Source: Octopus vulgaris (lineage: Eukaryota). From it: a stretch of 64,000 nucleotides of DNA. A program made the position numbers and the translations under genes. Shown piece by piece: positions 51,350 through 64,000 of this stretch (position 1 is the stretch's first letter; every line of letters begins with the position of its first letter). The notes below the pieces were generated by a model. It worked only from the letters and a program-made list of their open reading frames with translations. It was not told the origin of the DNA and made no database searches. The stretch is taken from assembly GCA_951406725.2 (NCBI GenBank), contig OX597814.1:73904001-73968000 (forward strand). The letters run 5' to 3'.

Positions 51350-52108
51350 AGTGATGTTTGTTGACGTTGTGTCTCTCTGTTTTCAAAGATAAATGGAACG
51401 AACATCCCTTATTTGAAAAACAGGTTAAATGTTAGGCATTGGCTGGCCTGATCCTCAAGTAGAAACCACTTACCCAAGGTATGTGCATGACACATACCAC
51501 ATGGTTACAAAATGACCTCTGTAATGTCACAACCTGCATCTTGTATATGTCATCATTTTTACACAGGTCTCAAAGATGAAGCTCGTCATGGCCACTCATT
51601 TCTTTTATGAGGCTTAGCCCGAGATCAGTTTCCATCACTTTAAATCTGCCTCTTTCAAATGTTATAATTACTTGGATCATTTACAACTTCTTTTTTCAAC
51701 TGTCCTCTACCATAAAGAACATCCAAATTAAAACATGAGTTTTAATTTGGTATTGTTCATGCTATGTTGAGTATAGTACAAGACTTTTCTAGATTCTATC
51801 TGTGTGCTATTGAAGGAGACTAGAGTAATCAAAGGTGACACGTAGGTTCAGCCATTTTGTTAGGTTGAAGTAAATTGAAAAGTTTTTATACTTGGCTATT
51901 CAGTTATCTGGTGGTGAGACAGGTAGTGTGAAGGTGAATTTAGTTCTTGATATCCAAGTGTGAGTGGATTCTATTGCCACCAGCAATCTTGAGAGTAAAG
52001 CTAGTATATAAAGACTGGACAACAGTCTATGATAGCCACAACACTTTGGTTAATTGAAAATGTATAAAGTAATTAAAAAATAAAACAATTCAATATAAAG
52101 TGACTTGC

Positions 52109-52173
52109 CTCAAAAACACTTCTCCTAAATTTCCAGCTAATGCTCCATCAATATACTCTTCAGTGTTGGCCAA
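52109..52173 (-). CDS. SNRPF: Small nuclear ribonucleoprotein F, exon 3
   Basis: ttcacag|[21 protein letters not shown](R)|GCAAGT; 65 nt. Confidence 0.95.
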
Positions 52174-52567
52174 CTGTGAATATCAAAATTATTCTTTAGT
52201 AACATTTTCTAAAAAAACAATTCTTTCTTAAAGGGGAATAAAAAACACCCCAAGGCTTAAAGTTTATAATTTTCAATAGCCTGAACTATGAAACAGTGAA
52301 ACCTACCAACAAACAAATTTAACTTCAGATGCTATTAGCTGACTGAGAGTTGGATTCAGTTACCACAGCCAAGGCACAGAACTTTGATTGGAAACCACTA
52401 CATGGTCACTCAATTTGCTGGGAATAACAGCCAAATCTTCAGACTACTGTCTGAAATAAGGAAATGACACATTAGACAATAGTCCTAAAACCTCTGAAAA
52501 GATAGGGTCTACTTGAGCAGAGCTAATCTATAATTAAATTTGTTTGAATTAACCCAAAATATGTACC

Positions 52568-52800
52568 TATTTCTTTATTACCCACAAGGGGCTAAACATA
52601 GAGGGGACAAACAAGGACAGACATAGGTATTAAGTCGATTACATCGACCCCAGTGCTTAACTGGTACTTAATTTATCGACCCCAAAAGGATGAAAGGCAA
52701 AGTCGACCTCGGCGGAATTTGAACTCACAACGTAACGGCAGCTGAAATAACGCTAAGCATTTCGCCCGATGTGCTAACGATTCTGCCAGCTCGCCGCCTT
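52568..52800 (-). mobile_element. tRNA-headed SINE family B (Nin/Deu-like central domain)
   Basis: Head aaggcggcgagctggcagaatcgttagc...gagttcaaattcc; centre gtcgactttgcctttcatccttttggggtcgataaattaagtaccag. Further copies near 57000-57150, 60790-60930, 61985-62170 and 62210-62440. Confidence 0.8.
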
Positions 52801-53399
52801 AATATGTACCACGAGTAGGTATAATCCACTGTTGTAAACAATGAGAACAATGCATAATTAAAATTTATGTGGTGAACCTTTTAGCACTCTTAGGTGTTCA
52901 TACTGATAAAAGAGCACATATGGCCACTGTTCAATCAATACAATTATGAGCCAAACTTCTATCTGGTAACTTGATTGGTAGCCAAATTTCCATTAAATTA
53001 AACCCTATAGTGTGGGAAAAGCAGACAGAGATAATGTAATCCTGAATAGGAAATGTTTGCTATGATCATGACTGGAATCACTATCATTTTAACATCCACT
53101 TTTGCATGGGTCAGATGGAATTTGTTGAGGCTGCTCTTAATAATACATTTGCTGTCAGTGATGATCCAGGACTAAATAACAATCAAATTGATTGCCACTA
53201 TGCCATGGTGTGATTACCACTATGACTTGGTGTGAAACTAATAAGGCCTTATTCAAATTGTAATCACTTACATAACATGGAGAATTACATGTGTAAGGAA
53301 TTTTACATTCTTTACAAAACATTTGTTCTCCATTTGATTTTTAAAACCAATTGGTGAATTACTAGTATTGCAGTTCAAAGAATGGGAAAACAGTCTTAC

Positions 53400-53525
53400 C
53401 TGTAAGTTCATGTACCCATCTATAGATACAAGATAACCTTTATATTCCATGCCCCATTTTAATTTTATTATGACTGGTTTTCCTGTTAAGCCATTTAAAA
53501 ATGGTTTGGGGTTAATTGGCATAGT
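53400..53525 (-). CDS. SNRPF: Small nuclear ribonucleoprotein F, exon 2
   Basis: ctttag|[42 protein letters not shown]|GTAAG; 126 nt; Sm1 motif. Confidence 0.97.
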
Positions 53526-53709
53526 CTAAAGAAAAGAAACAAAGCAAAAACAAGAACTAAGTTACAACTGAGAACAAAATTTTAAATCAACATATTTCTA
53601 AATATAAGCATATTTACCTCTGAGGAGCTTATATGTAGAATGGAGTTAGCAAAAGTAAATACATATGCTGTTATATAGCAAAGTGAAATTACCCCACCCC
53701 TCAGCATAG

Positions 53710-55240
53710 GTTACTTGAGAGTGACTTTAAACTGCAGGCATGAATGATTTCAAGTTGCAAGCCAGTCTAGAAAAGGATCAAGAAGTTTAAGGATCCTCTG
53801 AATAGTCAGAGGTTTAGGGACATCTTAAGCAAAGTATTTGATGAGAAGGAGGAGGAATTACAGATTTGCAATATAGAGGATAACTGGGAGTTCCTATGAG
53901 ACAACTTACTGAGGGCCACAGACCAAATTTGTGGGTGATGTAAAGTTCCAACCAGACCTAGTATAGCATGGTGGTGGAACAATGTAGTTGACAGGGCCAT
54001 TAAAGCAAAGAAACATGTGTGGAAGGACTGGAAGGTTGGTGGTAGCAAGGAGCTATATCAGGCAGCTAGGAAGCAGGTATACTTAGCCAGGGATGAACCA
54101 GAAAAGAAGTTTGCCAATGTTCTGCAATGTGAGGAGCAGTGGCTTGAAATGTTTCAGTTTGTAAGACAGTGTGCCAGGGAAAATTGCAATGTCGTGGGAG
54201 AGAAGTGTGTTTGCATTAATGATGGTTCACTTGCAGTTAGTGACTCTGCAAAGAAAGAGGCTTGGAAGTGCCACTATGAAAGGCTACTAAATGTAGAGAA
54301 CTCACGTGAGAAGGGGAGCCTACCTAATGTTGATCCAACAGAATGACCAGCAATCTGAATATACAGTAGCGTTGTAGACAAAGCCATACAGGATATGAAG
54401 ACAGGGAAAGCCCCCAGCCCAACGGGAATCACCGCTGAGATGCTTAAAATATCTGGTAGTATGGGTTATGGTCTAGTCACTTGTAGAATTAATCAGGTGG
54501 TACACGAAGGAGTCATACCCAATGAGTGGTGCAGCAGCATCACAGTCAACTGCTACAAAGGTAAAGGTGATGCCTTAGATAGAAATAATTACAGAGGTAT
54601 CAAATTGTTAGATCAGGTGATGAAAGTCACAGAGAGGGTCATAGCCTGACTAATTAGGGAGAGAGTTAGTCTAGATGAGAAGCAGTTTAGCTTTGTGTCA
54701 GGGAGAAGCACCACCGATGCTATATTTCTGGTAAGGCAGCTATAGGAGAAATACCTAGTCAAAGATAAACTTCTGCACTTGGCTTTTGTTGACATGGAGA
54801 AAGCCTTTGACAGGGTCCCCTGATCCCTTATCTAGTTGGTAAGAGCTATGTACAGAGATGCTGTCAGTAATGTGAGGGCTGGCAAAGAGTACAGCACGAA
54901 TTCAGGGTACAAGTAGGAGTACACCAAGGATCAGTTCAGCCCTCTCTTGTTCAACATAGTCCTCCAGGCAAAAACAGAGGAATTTAAGATGGGTTGTCCC
55001 TGGGAGCTCCTCTATGCAGATGACCTTGTTCCTATAGCTTAATCACTACCAGAACTAGAAGAAATTTCAGATGTGAAAGCAAGGTCTGGAATTGAAGGGC
55101 CTTAGGGAGTGACACTTCTTCACACAGCTCTCCTCATCCATATGTAACACATGACCATACCAGCACAGTCGTCTCTCTTGCACATATCTGATGCTTCTTA
55201 TGTCCAACATTTCTCTCAGGGTGCTTACACTCTGTCGGGT
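53710..55240 (+). mobile_element. RTE-clade LINE, decayed, with a short inverted distal piece (about 55108-55240)
   Basis: RT relics through YADD. The last part reads RLCWYGHVL on the minus strand. Confidence 0.9.
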
Positions 55241-56263
55241 AAGCACAGAAATGCAAAGGTCATGAGACAGACTTAAAATGGAAATTCATGCTCAATCTTC
55301 ATTTTGTTCTAGACGACAATTTGTTATAGGGTTAAACTTTGAGAAGTTTTGGAATAGCCCCTATGCCTTATGGAAAAGGACATGGAAATAGGAGCAAGAA
55401 TGTAAGAAAAAAAAAAAAAGAGAACCATTTTGTTTTGTAATTCCATTGTGAGAGCCGCAGGTATAGTAAGAGAAATGAAGGGAAAGAAATCCCCACCAAA
55501 CCCTATTCGTTTCTCTTTCCAATCAATAATTTTATGTTGTTGAATAAGATTGCTAAGAACTGTGTTAAGTAAGATAAAAATCTCAATCATGTGATAAAGT
55601 ATAAATTCGGGCTTTATTTACAAAGAGAAACAGAAAATTCTAAACTTTAAAAATCGGCAATGATTGGTAATGAAATAGAACTGAAAGGCATTCCATGTAA
55701 GAAAATAATCAAAGTGCATTTGATTTATTTTATATCCTTTTAAAAATTAATAAAATGATACAGAAAGTAATATCTAGTGTATCAGATAATTGCAGTGAAT
55801 ATGTTTCTGTGGTTGTTCCTGTAAATAAGTTTTAAAAAGATTTTTAAGTGCCTTGCACCGCACAATATTTACTCTCTATAGAACACCATGTTCTTTTGCA
55901 ATTGAATGAAAAAACTTCAGTTATACTTTAATCCAGTTTGTATCACTGGTGATTTTGCCATTTTATATGCACAAAGATCGAAAGATTACCAAGTAATCTT
56001 TCGATCTTTGAAATCTATTAATAAATGTAACTGAAAGGAAACTGCACAGCCTGCAAGAAATACTAGTCAAATACCCCCTCAAATCACACCTTACCATCTA
56101 AAAAACAAACAAACATAAATGAAGACTGCATTGAATAATGGACGAAAAAATTCTTTGCTGGCCACCAAATTAAATAACACTAGGTAGTTTAAGAAAGTAA
56201 AAGTGAATATTTAAGCTAAAATAATAAAAAAAAAAACACCCCTCAGTTTAACATATATCAATG

Positions 56264-59200
56264 TACTCTGGGGTTTTGAATATCGCCCCCATCCCCACAC
56301 TAAGCAGTGCTTTTCCCACTACCACCGCTTATTAATATTTCAGATTTTTTTGATCCCCACCGCAACTTTTACTCCAACCCTCCCCACTTATTAAATTTTG
56401 CTAATCTATCTATGGTGAAATTTTATTTCACATTAAAAATATTATATATAGGTGCAGGCATAGCTGTGTGGTAAGTAGCTTGATACCAACCACATGGTTC
56501 TAGGTTTAGTCCCACTGCGTGGCACCTTGGGCCAGTGTCTTCTACTATAGCCTCGGGCTGACCAAAGCCATGTAAGTGGATTTGGTAGATGGAAACTGAA
56601 AGAAGCCCATCGTATATATATGTATGTTTGTACCCCACTCCATCATCGCTTGACAACCAATGTTGGTGTGCCTACATCCCTGTAACTTAGCGGTTTGGCA
56701 AAAGAGACCGATAGGATAAGTACTAGGCTTACAAAGAATAAGTCCTGGGGGCGATTTGTTTGACTACAGGCAGTGCTCCAGCACGGCCACAGTCAAATGA
56801 CTGAAACAAATAAAAGAATAGAATATATATATGACAAAAAAAAAAAGAACAATACAAGTAATGCCACATGTTATAAAATAAATAGGATATATAAACTAAA
56901 TAACTAATTCCGGTTTTAGGAAAAAAAATCAAGGGTGATAGCCTAGAAAATTTTAAATAATGATTTCTCATTTAGACACACTGTCAACAATTTGTGGAAA
57001 GGGACAAGTGGATTAAAGCGGACCAATACATTACTGGTGCTTTATTTTATTGACCCCAAAGAGATGAAAGGTAAAGCTAACCTTAGCGCGATTGAACTCA
57101 GAACATAATGGGCCATAACTATGCTTCAAGGAACATTGCCTGATGCTTAGGTACAAGGCCAGCAATTTAAAGGGAAGGGGAAAGTTGATTAAACTGATTC
57201 CCATTACTAGTACAAAGCAAAGCCTGGGGAATCCATTATTATTTTGACTGACACAAATTGTGAATCAGCATGACCAAAAAAAAAAAAAAAAAAAAAAAAA
57301 AAGACAGGAATTGGAAGAAAACCTGGAGTGTTCTATTTGTTTTCATAACACATAGAAGAAAAATATTTATTCACAGAATATATGTAGCCAACATTCCTGC
57401 TCGTCAGCCTTCAACATTTCAGGGCATTGATAACCCCTTCAACCTTAAGAAGATCAATCATATCGAGACACAAGACACCTGCTTCAGGATACATAGAAAA
57501 CAAGGAAATTGTCAGAAAATATTCTTTACAACCAGCCAGAGTTTATAAAAACTTGAGGCTGGACAACTGCCCCAGTCTGTAACATACACATGAGTTTACT
57601 GCTATTCCACACTATAGTCAACAAATCATTTTCAATTTCTCATCGATTTCACTACCAATCATCAACACAAATTCCATGCAAAATAAGAACTTCAATGATA
57701 AACGGTTTATGCTTACAGGACAAGCTTTTTACAGAATAAGGATTTAACAACATGAGTAATTTCTCTTTGAACTTTTTTCATAACATCATGGAACAGAAAA
57801 GAGTATTCCATGATGTGACATGGAAATTATTCTATAGGAGAAAAGCAAGCACTTGCTATCATGGTGAATAAATGCAAAAAGGAATATGATTTTGAATTAT
57901 AGCAAATGAAAGGGAAAACTCATTGGGATGCTAAAAGGAAACGCCATGTCCCAAACACCCTGAAACAGGGATGTCTCGCCAAAGCAGTTCATTTGTTTTA
58001 ATCGAATTTAGCCAGTATCAAAAACTCTGATTGACCATTTGATTCTGCTGTTAAAGTAGTCAAATGCTACCATGAAAAGTATTTGAAAGCTGAACTTGAC
58101 AGCGCTGAAAATAAATCCAAAGAAACGTTTCAGAGTCGCTAGAGAAGGTCATAAAACAAAAGCACCAGGCGTGAGAGATGCCTTGTTTGAATGGTTTGTG
58201 AATGTTAGAACATTGCTGCATGTGAGATTATCACAAGCTCTTTTCCTATTATAGGCTGAGAAATTTTATGAGGAGTGGATTTGCCAACACCCAGACACAT
58301 CAACTGATGAAAAACTGTTTTTCAAAAAGCTGGATGAAAGGTTGGCAAAAAAAGTATAGGCTATCACTGAAATTTCCAAACAAATGCATTTCAATTTCCA
58401 AAGTGCAATGTGTTGAGTGCATTCAGGATAATTTGAAGAACATATGAAGTGTGCATTGTTATTTCCTTGACAAACTTGGAATAGATCCTAATTATCAAAG
58501 GAATGAAAGCAGCGGACAAGCTACCTTATCTTTCAGAAATCAAGATATGTCCGTCAAAGAAAACCACCATTTGTCTAGGGAACATATCAGTGTTCACCCA
58601 GATTAGCAACGATACCAAAATCAATCTTATCCCAGAGTTTGTATTTAAAGGAACTGCAAAAAGACCACCACTACTGAATGCGCTGCCTACAATGAAATAT
58701 CAATGGTTTCCTAAAGGTTCTTATAGATTAGAACAGCTGCTCTGTACTATTGAAAAACCTTCCAAACCGATTCAATGTTTTCACATGCAAACTTTGCTAT
58801 TTATGTGCTCAGTGATTACATGGTGTATTTGAAGCTGGAGGTGAGAGATACCCTCTGGAAAAAGGGTTATGCACTGGTCATCATTGACAGTGATATCACT
58901 GGATTTGTTCAAGTTGATAACACGCATATGCACAAACAACTGAAAGCAAAATATCACAAAATAGAGAAAGCAAAGATGCTAGAAAAGATAGTTCAAACTC
59001 TGAATAAAATACTCACGCCCAATCGATCTGAGATGATGTAAATGCTACATCAAGCACATGCAGATTGCAAGATTGATGTCAAAGCTGCTTTCAAGTTGAT
59101 GTGGGCTACAAAAGCTTTTGATGGTTCTGAAGATTATAAGGTGTCAGACTGAATCATTCACCTCATCGTTCTCTCAATGCGAGAATTCCGTCTATAGTTG

Positions 59201-60123
59201 ATGTCAAAACCCTGCCCAAATACTATTCAGAGTCGTTAAGAACTTAATTCCACCAAAAGGGGTTAAGCTTGCAAACAATATTGAAAGCTCAAAACTATTT
59301 GATAGTGACGGCATTGAGGAAAAAGCTGCTGAAAGTGAGTTGGAAGATGAAAGCGAGCCATCTGGGAATATTTTGGTGGTGATTGACCCACCCGGAGAAA
59401 TCTCCATGGAGGTTTCGCAGGAGCCAAAGCATGGTCGGTCAAACACGATGACGGGAGGCTCTATCTCTCTTGCACGAATCAGTAGTGATGAACAGGGTAA
59501 TAAAGATGCCCTGTTCCTTGAAAAAATACAGAAGGATGAAAACAAAACCTCTACACTTTTCTTGCCATATCGAAGCAAACTCATGTCAACTGTCAGTGAA
59601 GCTCGGTGATCTGTAAAGAAGCGAATATCAAAAGCGAGAAACCTGCAGAGGGACAGTGACGAAAAAATCACGAGTCTATAATCTACCTATTTACAGAGTG
59701 CTGTTATATTATGTATAGTATAATAAATACTGCAAGTTCATGAAATGGTAATTATACTCATTTCATTGTTTTACTTTTCTTTTCTTTTTAAGACATGTTG
59801 TTTGTATCAATATCTGTTTAGTCCACAGCATTAAAAAAAAATCCCATAATTACCACAATTAACAAATGTCTTAATTTTATTATCCAAATGTATATCTTAA
59901 CTAAAGTGAACGTTTGAAGCACAGGTATGTGCTAATTTCACTTGCCTCTTAATTTATTTTGCTTCGTTGTGTCGTTATATGTGCTTTAAGATACCTTCTT
60001 CCTAATTTTCGTACATACACTATACAGTTACTGATCCCCACTCACCTGCTTATATGACTTTAAGTAAATATCCAACCCACCGGCTTATTCCAGTACCCTA
60101 CTATTATTTGGAACCCGAGAATA
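56264..60123 (+). mobile_element. pogo-like DNA transposon, decayed, in SNRPF intron 1
   Basis: 58020-59230 relics VRDALFEWFVNVR, WMKGWQKKY, WFPKGSYRLEQ, ITGFVQVDNTHMHKQLKAKY (CENP-B HTH plus DDE). Imperfect TIRs tactctggggttttgaata / tatttggaacccgagaata; subterminal ccacc..gcttatt repeats. Confidence 0.7.
56451..56822 (+). mobile_element. tRNA-headed SINE family A nested in the pogo element
   Basis: Matches 17596-18043. Confidence 0.85.
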
Positions 60124-61177
60124 AATAACTGGTTTTAAAATAAATCAAAGGAGGCAACTTTGAAAATTTTATAGTTACCACTGTACAATTACCGATTTCC
60201 CACCCACCCGCTTATAAGAATTTAAGCAAATGTCCAACCCACCTGCTTATTCCAACCCCTGAGGGTAGGTAATTGTCCAGGTTAGGTTAGTGAAAAAAGT
60301 AAGGGGACATAACTTAACACACCACGGTATGATACTTTACTCACTCGTGTCACCCCTCGTCAGCTTTATCTGTTATTTACAACTGATTTCTAGCTTCGCT
60401 TTGGAGGAAATATATACTCAACTTATAAAACTATCTATTTGTATCTCTCACATATAAATCTGTATTTCTGACTGATTATTTAGCTATCACTTCTTACTTG
60501 CTTTCTTCTTTCCTTTCATTGCAGCTAAAAGTACGTCTCAAAAAAGATGTAAAATAAACAAGAACTGAGAAAAAACAAAAACAACTGAAACTAAAATCAA
60601 AGTTACCAATATTGTCAACAACACGTTTTGATTTTACGAATGTAAACTGAACAATTACCCTTAATGTATATACGAGGTAAAAAGTTCTTCCCTTGTGCTA
60701 ATGTTGGACAGCGGAACTTTATAGTCATCATCCAGTTTCTATTAGTTGAATATGAATATTTTGTCATCCACCAAATTGTACAATCATTTTTATCGAAGCT
60801 ATTCTGTACGCGTGCAGAACCCGGGAAGGTTCAACGCTAATGTCGACTTCGGCAGGATTTGAACTCAGAACGTAAAAGGATATAACTTAAAACCGCAGTG
60901 TTTTGACCGCCGCTTTCAATGACTCCATTAACGATCTTTATTAAGTTTTAAGCTTTGTAATACACATATATGGAATAGAATATTCAATATAAAAATACTG
61001 TAAACATAAATATTAAATTCGTGAAGAGACATACAAAGATAGTGTTGAATGAACACGATGGAAGGCTAGAATTTGGCAAACACAAATATTCCGTAAAGAT
61101 ATATATAAAAAAAACTTTCTCAAATGTATAAGAACCTTATTGTTTAATTATCAAAATTATATAAAGCTTATACTTAC

Positions 61178-61186
61178 CGCGGCCAT
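61178..61186 (-). CDS. SNRPF: Small nuclear ribonucleoprotein F, exon 1 coding part (MAA)
   Basis: ACCATGGCCGCG|GTAAGT: Kozak ATG, consensus donor, phase 0 in frame with exon 2. Total product 88 aa. Confidence 0.8.
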
Positions 61187-61270
61187 GGTTACTGTTTTAA
61201 ATAGTTATTTGGACACGAAATTCACAAAAGTCGGTAAAAGTGGAACACCGCCAATTCCTAATGAAGCACA

Positions 61271-61280
61271 CATGCGCATG
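61271..61280. promoter_or_regulatory. NRF1-like palindrome in the SNRPF promoter
   Basis: CATGCGCATG about 85 bp upstream of the ATG. Confidence 0.55.
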
Positions 61281-62469
61281 ATATAAGTTATTTTCTGCTG
61301 AGTAGTATTTAAAAAATTAATTAATAAATTTTAAAAGTATTTTCCCAACAATTATTTCATGATAAATTATTACATGATAAATATTATAAAATAATTTTGT
61401 ATTCAATTACTATTCTTTAAAGAAAACTTAATTTATTATATGCGGAACTTACATAGTCAATAAACATAAGACGTTAAATAAAGACTTACGGCAGTTTGGT
61501 TACAAGCATCGACGATTAAATTTTAGATGCAATCTCAATAGCTTTCATAATTTGAATTTAAAATTAAAGAAAGTATAGCTTAAAATATGTTAAAAGTAAC
61601 ATATATATCTTAAATCCTTGTTTTCCTTGCATTTTAATTGTTCAAGGCATTCGAGTAAACATTATCTAAATAATAATTCCCCGAAATTATTTTAATGAAC
61701 TTCAAATTTTGAACTGTCCCGGTTTACAGTTATCGAAACAAGATACATGGGTGTTGTGTGGTAAGTGCTGTTTGTTTTGCATTAATTTTCTAAGTTTTAA
61801 TTGCTAAAATTTATATAATTCATTTTGCAATAATTTTAAAATTTGGATGCTAAATATTTATGGAATAAAATTGTTGCACATTGTATATATTGCTTAGTTA
61901 ATTGTGAACAGGTATTTTTCTCCTTGTGCGCGCGTTTTTGTTGGCTTATAAATAATATCGCAATTAAGACAATTGTTCAAATGTAAGGCGGCGAGCTGGC
62001 AGTGGCGCGGTAACCTACAAAATGCATAGCAACATTTCTTCTGGCTTTATGTACAATGCCCAAATGCCGCCGGGATCGATAAAAGAAGTACCAGGTGAGC
62101 ATTAGGGTCAATGTAATCGACTTCAGCCCCTCCCGAAATTGCTAGTCTTGTGCCAAAATTTGGAACCAATATTCAATTGTTTTACATTCTTGCAAAATGA
62201 TAATAATTTCAAAATTTGATGCAAGGCCAGCAAGTTTAGGGAAGGGAATGAGTCAATTACATCGACCCAAGTCCTCAACTCCTAGTGATCGATAAAATAA
62301 GTCCAAGTACTTATTTTATCGATTGCTATAGGATGAAAGACAAAGTCGACCTCGGCGAAATTTGAACTCAGAACGTGAAGATGGTCGAAATACCACTAAG
62401 CATTTTGGCCAGGCGTGCTAATGATTTTGTTGTCCGCCACATAGTAATAGTAATAATGATAATAATAAA

Positions 62470-63135
62470 TTCTGGTTTGTAGGCCACAAGGGCTAACATA
62501 AAAAAAAAAAAACATGCAAGGACAAAGATGACGAAAAGTACAAAGGGTTTTGCGAAAAAGAAAGGTCCCTGTAAACATTAAGAACAGCGAAAAATATAAC
62601 AAATAAAACTCCCAATAGGGGGAGGCGCTTTGAAAGGTTACATGTGGAAAAACCCATAAAAGCCACAAGTGTAATCTCAGAATTGGTCTGTTCATACTGG
62701 CCATTTTCTTCGCATTCACCCACCTTTCAATAAATTTGCTACAAGACAGCACTTCCCTCTCTACTCTCATCTTCCTTTTCAAGTAGAACTTGAAAAAGTT
62801 GATGAGGCCTTGGCCAAATAGGAAAGTGTCTGACTTCAGCCCTTTCAAACAGGTCCACCATACCACCTCTTTCGCTACAGCCACTAGACAAAGGAAAATT
62901 GCCTTGCACTCCCAGTTAAAGGAGGTCAGCGGTGCAATCTTCACTATGGATTCAGCGACAGTAGCTGTTCGACATAAACCCACAGGTCAGCAATACTGGA
63001 CGAGTGCGTGCAGAACGGTTTCGTCGTCCTGAGTACACCTTGGGCAGGCTCGGTTGGCAGCACTTCCGTACCGGTAGAGTTTATCTCGAACAGGCAGTGC
63101 CCCTCGGTAGCACTGATTATCCTTTCTATTGGAGA
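62470..63135 (-). mobile_element. L1/Tx1-clade LINE 3' end
   Basis: RGALPVRDKLYRYGSAANRACPRCTQDDETVLHALVQ (zf-RVT-type zinc knuckle), ...FIERW, then a T-rich 3'UTR. Confidence 0.8.
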
Positions 63136-63754
63136 CAAGGCCTAAAAATTTTTTGGGGAAGAGACTAGTCAATTACATTGATCACAGTGTTCCACTGGTA
63201 CTTAATTTGGTATTACTTAAGAAGAGTGGACCCGATGCATGCACCACACGCACACATGCTAGTCAGTAGACTAGTCAGCACCCACTATATAAAAAAACCT
63301 TCCACATGTATAAATATGTGTAAACTGTAAATCAGAGGGTGGGGGGGGATCTCTCTCTTTCTTATTAAACAAACAACCAACTGAATGAATGAAGATAAAT
63401 CAAATTTTGAAATTGAAATAAAATCTTACTCAAAAATAGTCATTAAGAAAAGTGAAAATAATGAAATAAAATGTTATTTACTAACTCAAAAGTAGTCGTC
63501 AATTCAAAAGTGAACCATTCTGAACGATGTTTTAGAATGTTCCGAAAACATTCAGCTCTAGTTTTCCCATATTTTTCCCTCCAAAGAATCTCATCTAGAT
63601 GGGATTCAATCATATTTGTATCAAACTCCCATCATACTTTTGAATCAGCTTCGGTCAGATATATCTCTCTATCTGATGTGTGTATCTGCACTAGCCAGGT
63701 CAACCAAACAGTTGATTTAATTCTTTGGACAAGCTAGTAGTCAGTGTATTCAAA

Positions 63755-63935
63755 ATGATCTATGATATTTTGCCTCACATTCAGAGTTTTGATGCTGTGT
63801 ATTTGTTTCTCAAGGAGAAGAATGTGTTGAATTGTATAACACCAAAATGCTCTTCTTGTAATAAGGAGATGAGCCTGATAAAATATAAGGAAGGAAAGAT
63901 TTTTTGATGCCCTACACACAAAGCTGAAAATGACT
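63755..63935 (+). mobile_element. Possible Merlin/IS1595-like transposase N-terminal relic
   Basis: FLKEKNVL...PKCSSCNKEMSLIKYKEGKIF*CPTHK zinc-ribbon pattern; short and at the window edge. Confidence 0.4.
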
Positions 63936-64000
63936 CCCAAGATTTTATTCTTCTGATGTATTTATGGTCCAGAAAAGTCTCCATAAATATCTCATGTGAT

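Noticed and set aside
53268-53399. ORF-track C-terminal extension of SNRPF
   Set aside because: Read-through into intron 2 past the GTAAG donor.

Overview
AT-rich, repeat-dense eukaryotic DNA, most likely a cephalopod such as Octopus. This is inferred from the RTE/CR1 LINE, SINE and (TA)n content and is not proven. There are two host genes, both on the minus strand. One is the large first coding exon of an Ajuba/LIMD1/WTIP-family LIM protein (15807-13902); its LIM-domain exons were not found and probably lie left of the window. The other is a complete four-exon SNRPF (Sm-F, 88 aa; 61186-50504) whose last intron is GC-AG. The rest is mobile DNA: six RTE LINE copies, four CR1-like LINE pieces, an L1/Tx1 3' end, Penelope remnants, tRNA-headed SINEs, Helitrons, mariner, Tc1, pogo and possible Merlin relics, and piggyBac-type and TA-flanked MITEs. 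The most notable signal is nine type-I hammerhead-ribozyme motifs, folded by eye. They include a 360-bp tandem retrozyme-like array with a U3-A8 core, a G3-C8 core variant in a fold-back repeat, and a tRNA-headed SINE carrying a hammerhead, one copy of which lies sense inside SNRPF intron 3. Boundaries of decayed repeats are approximate.
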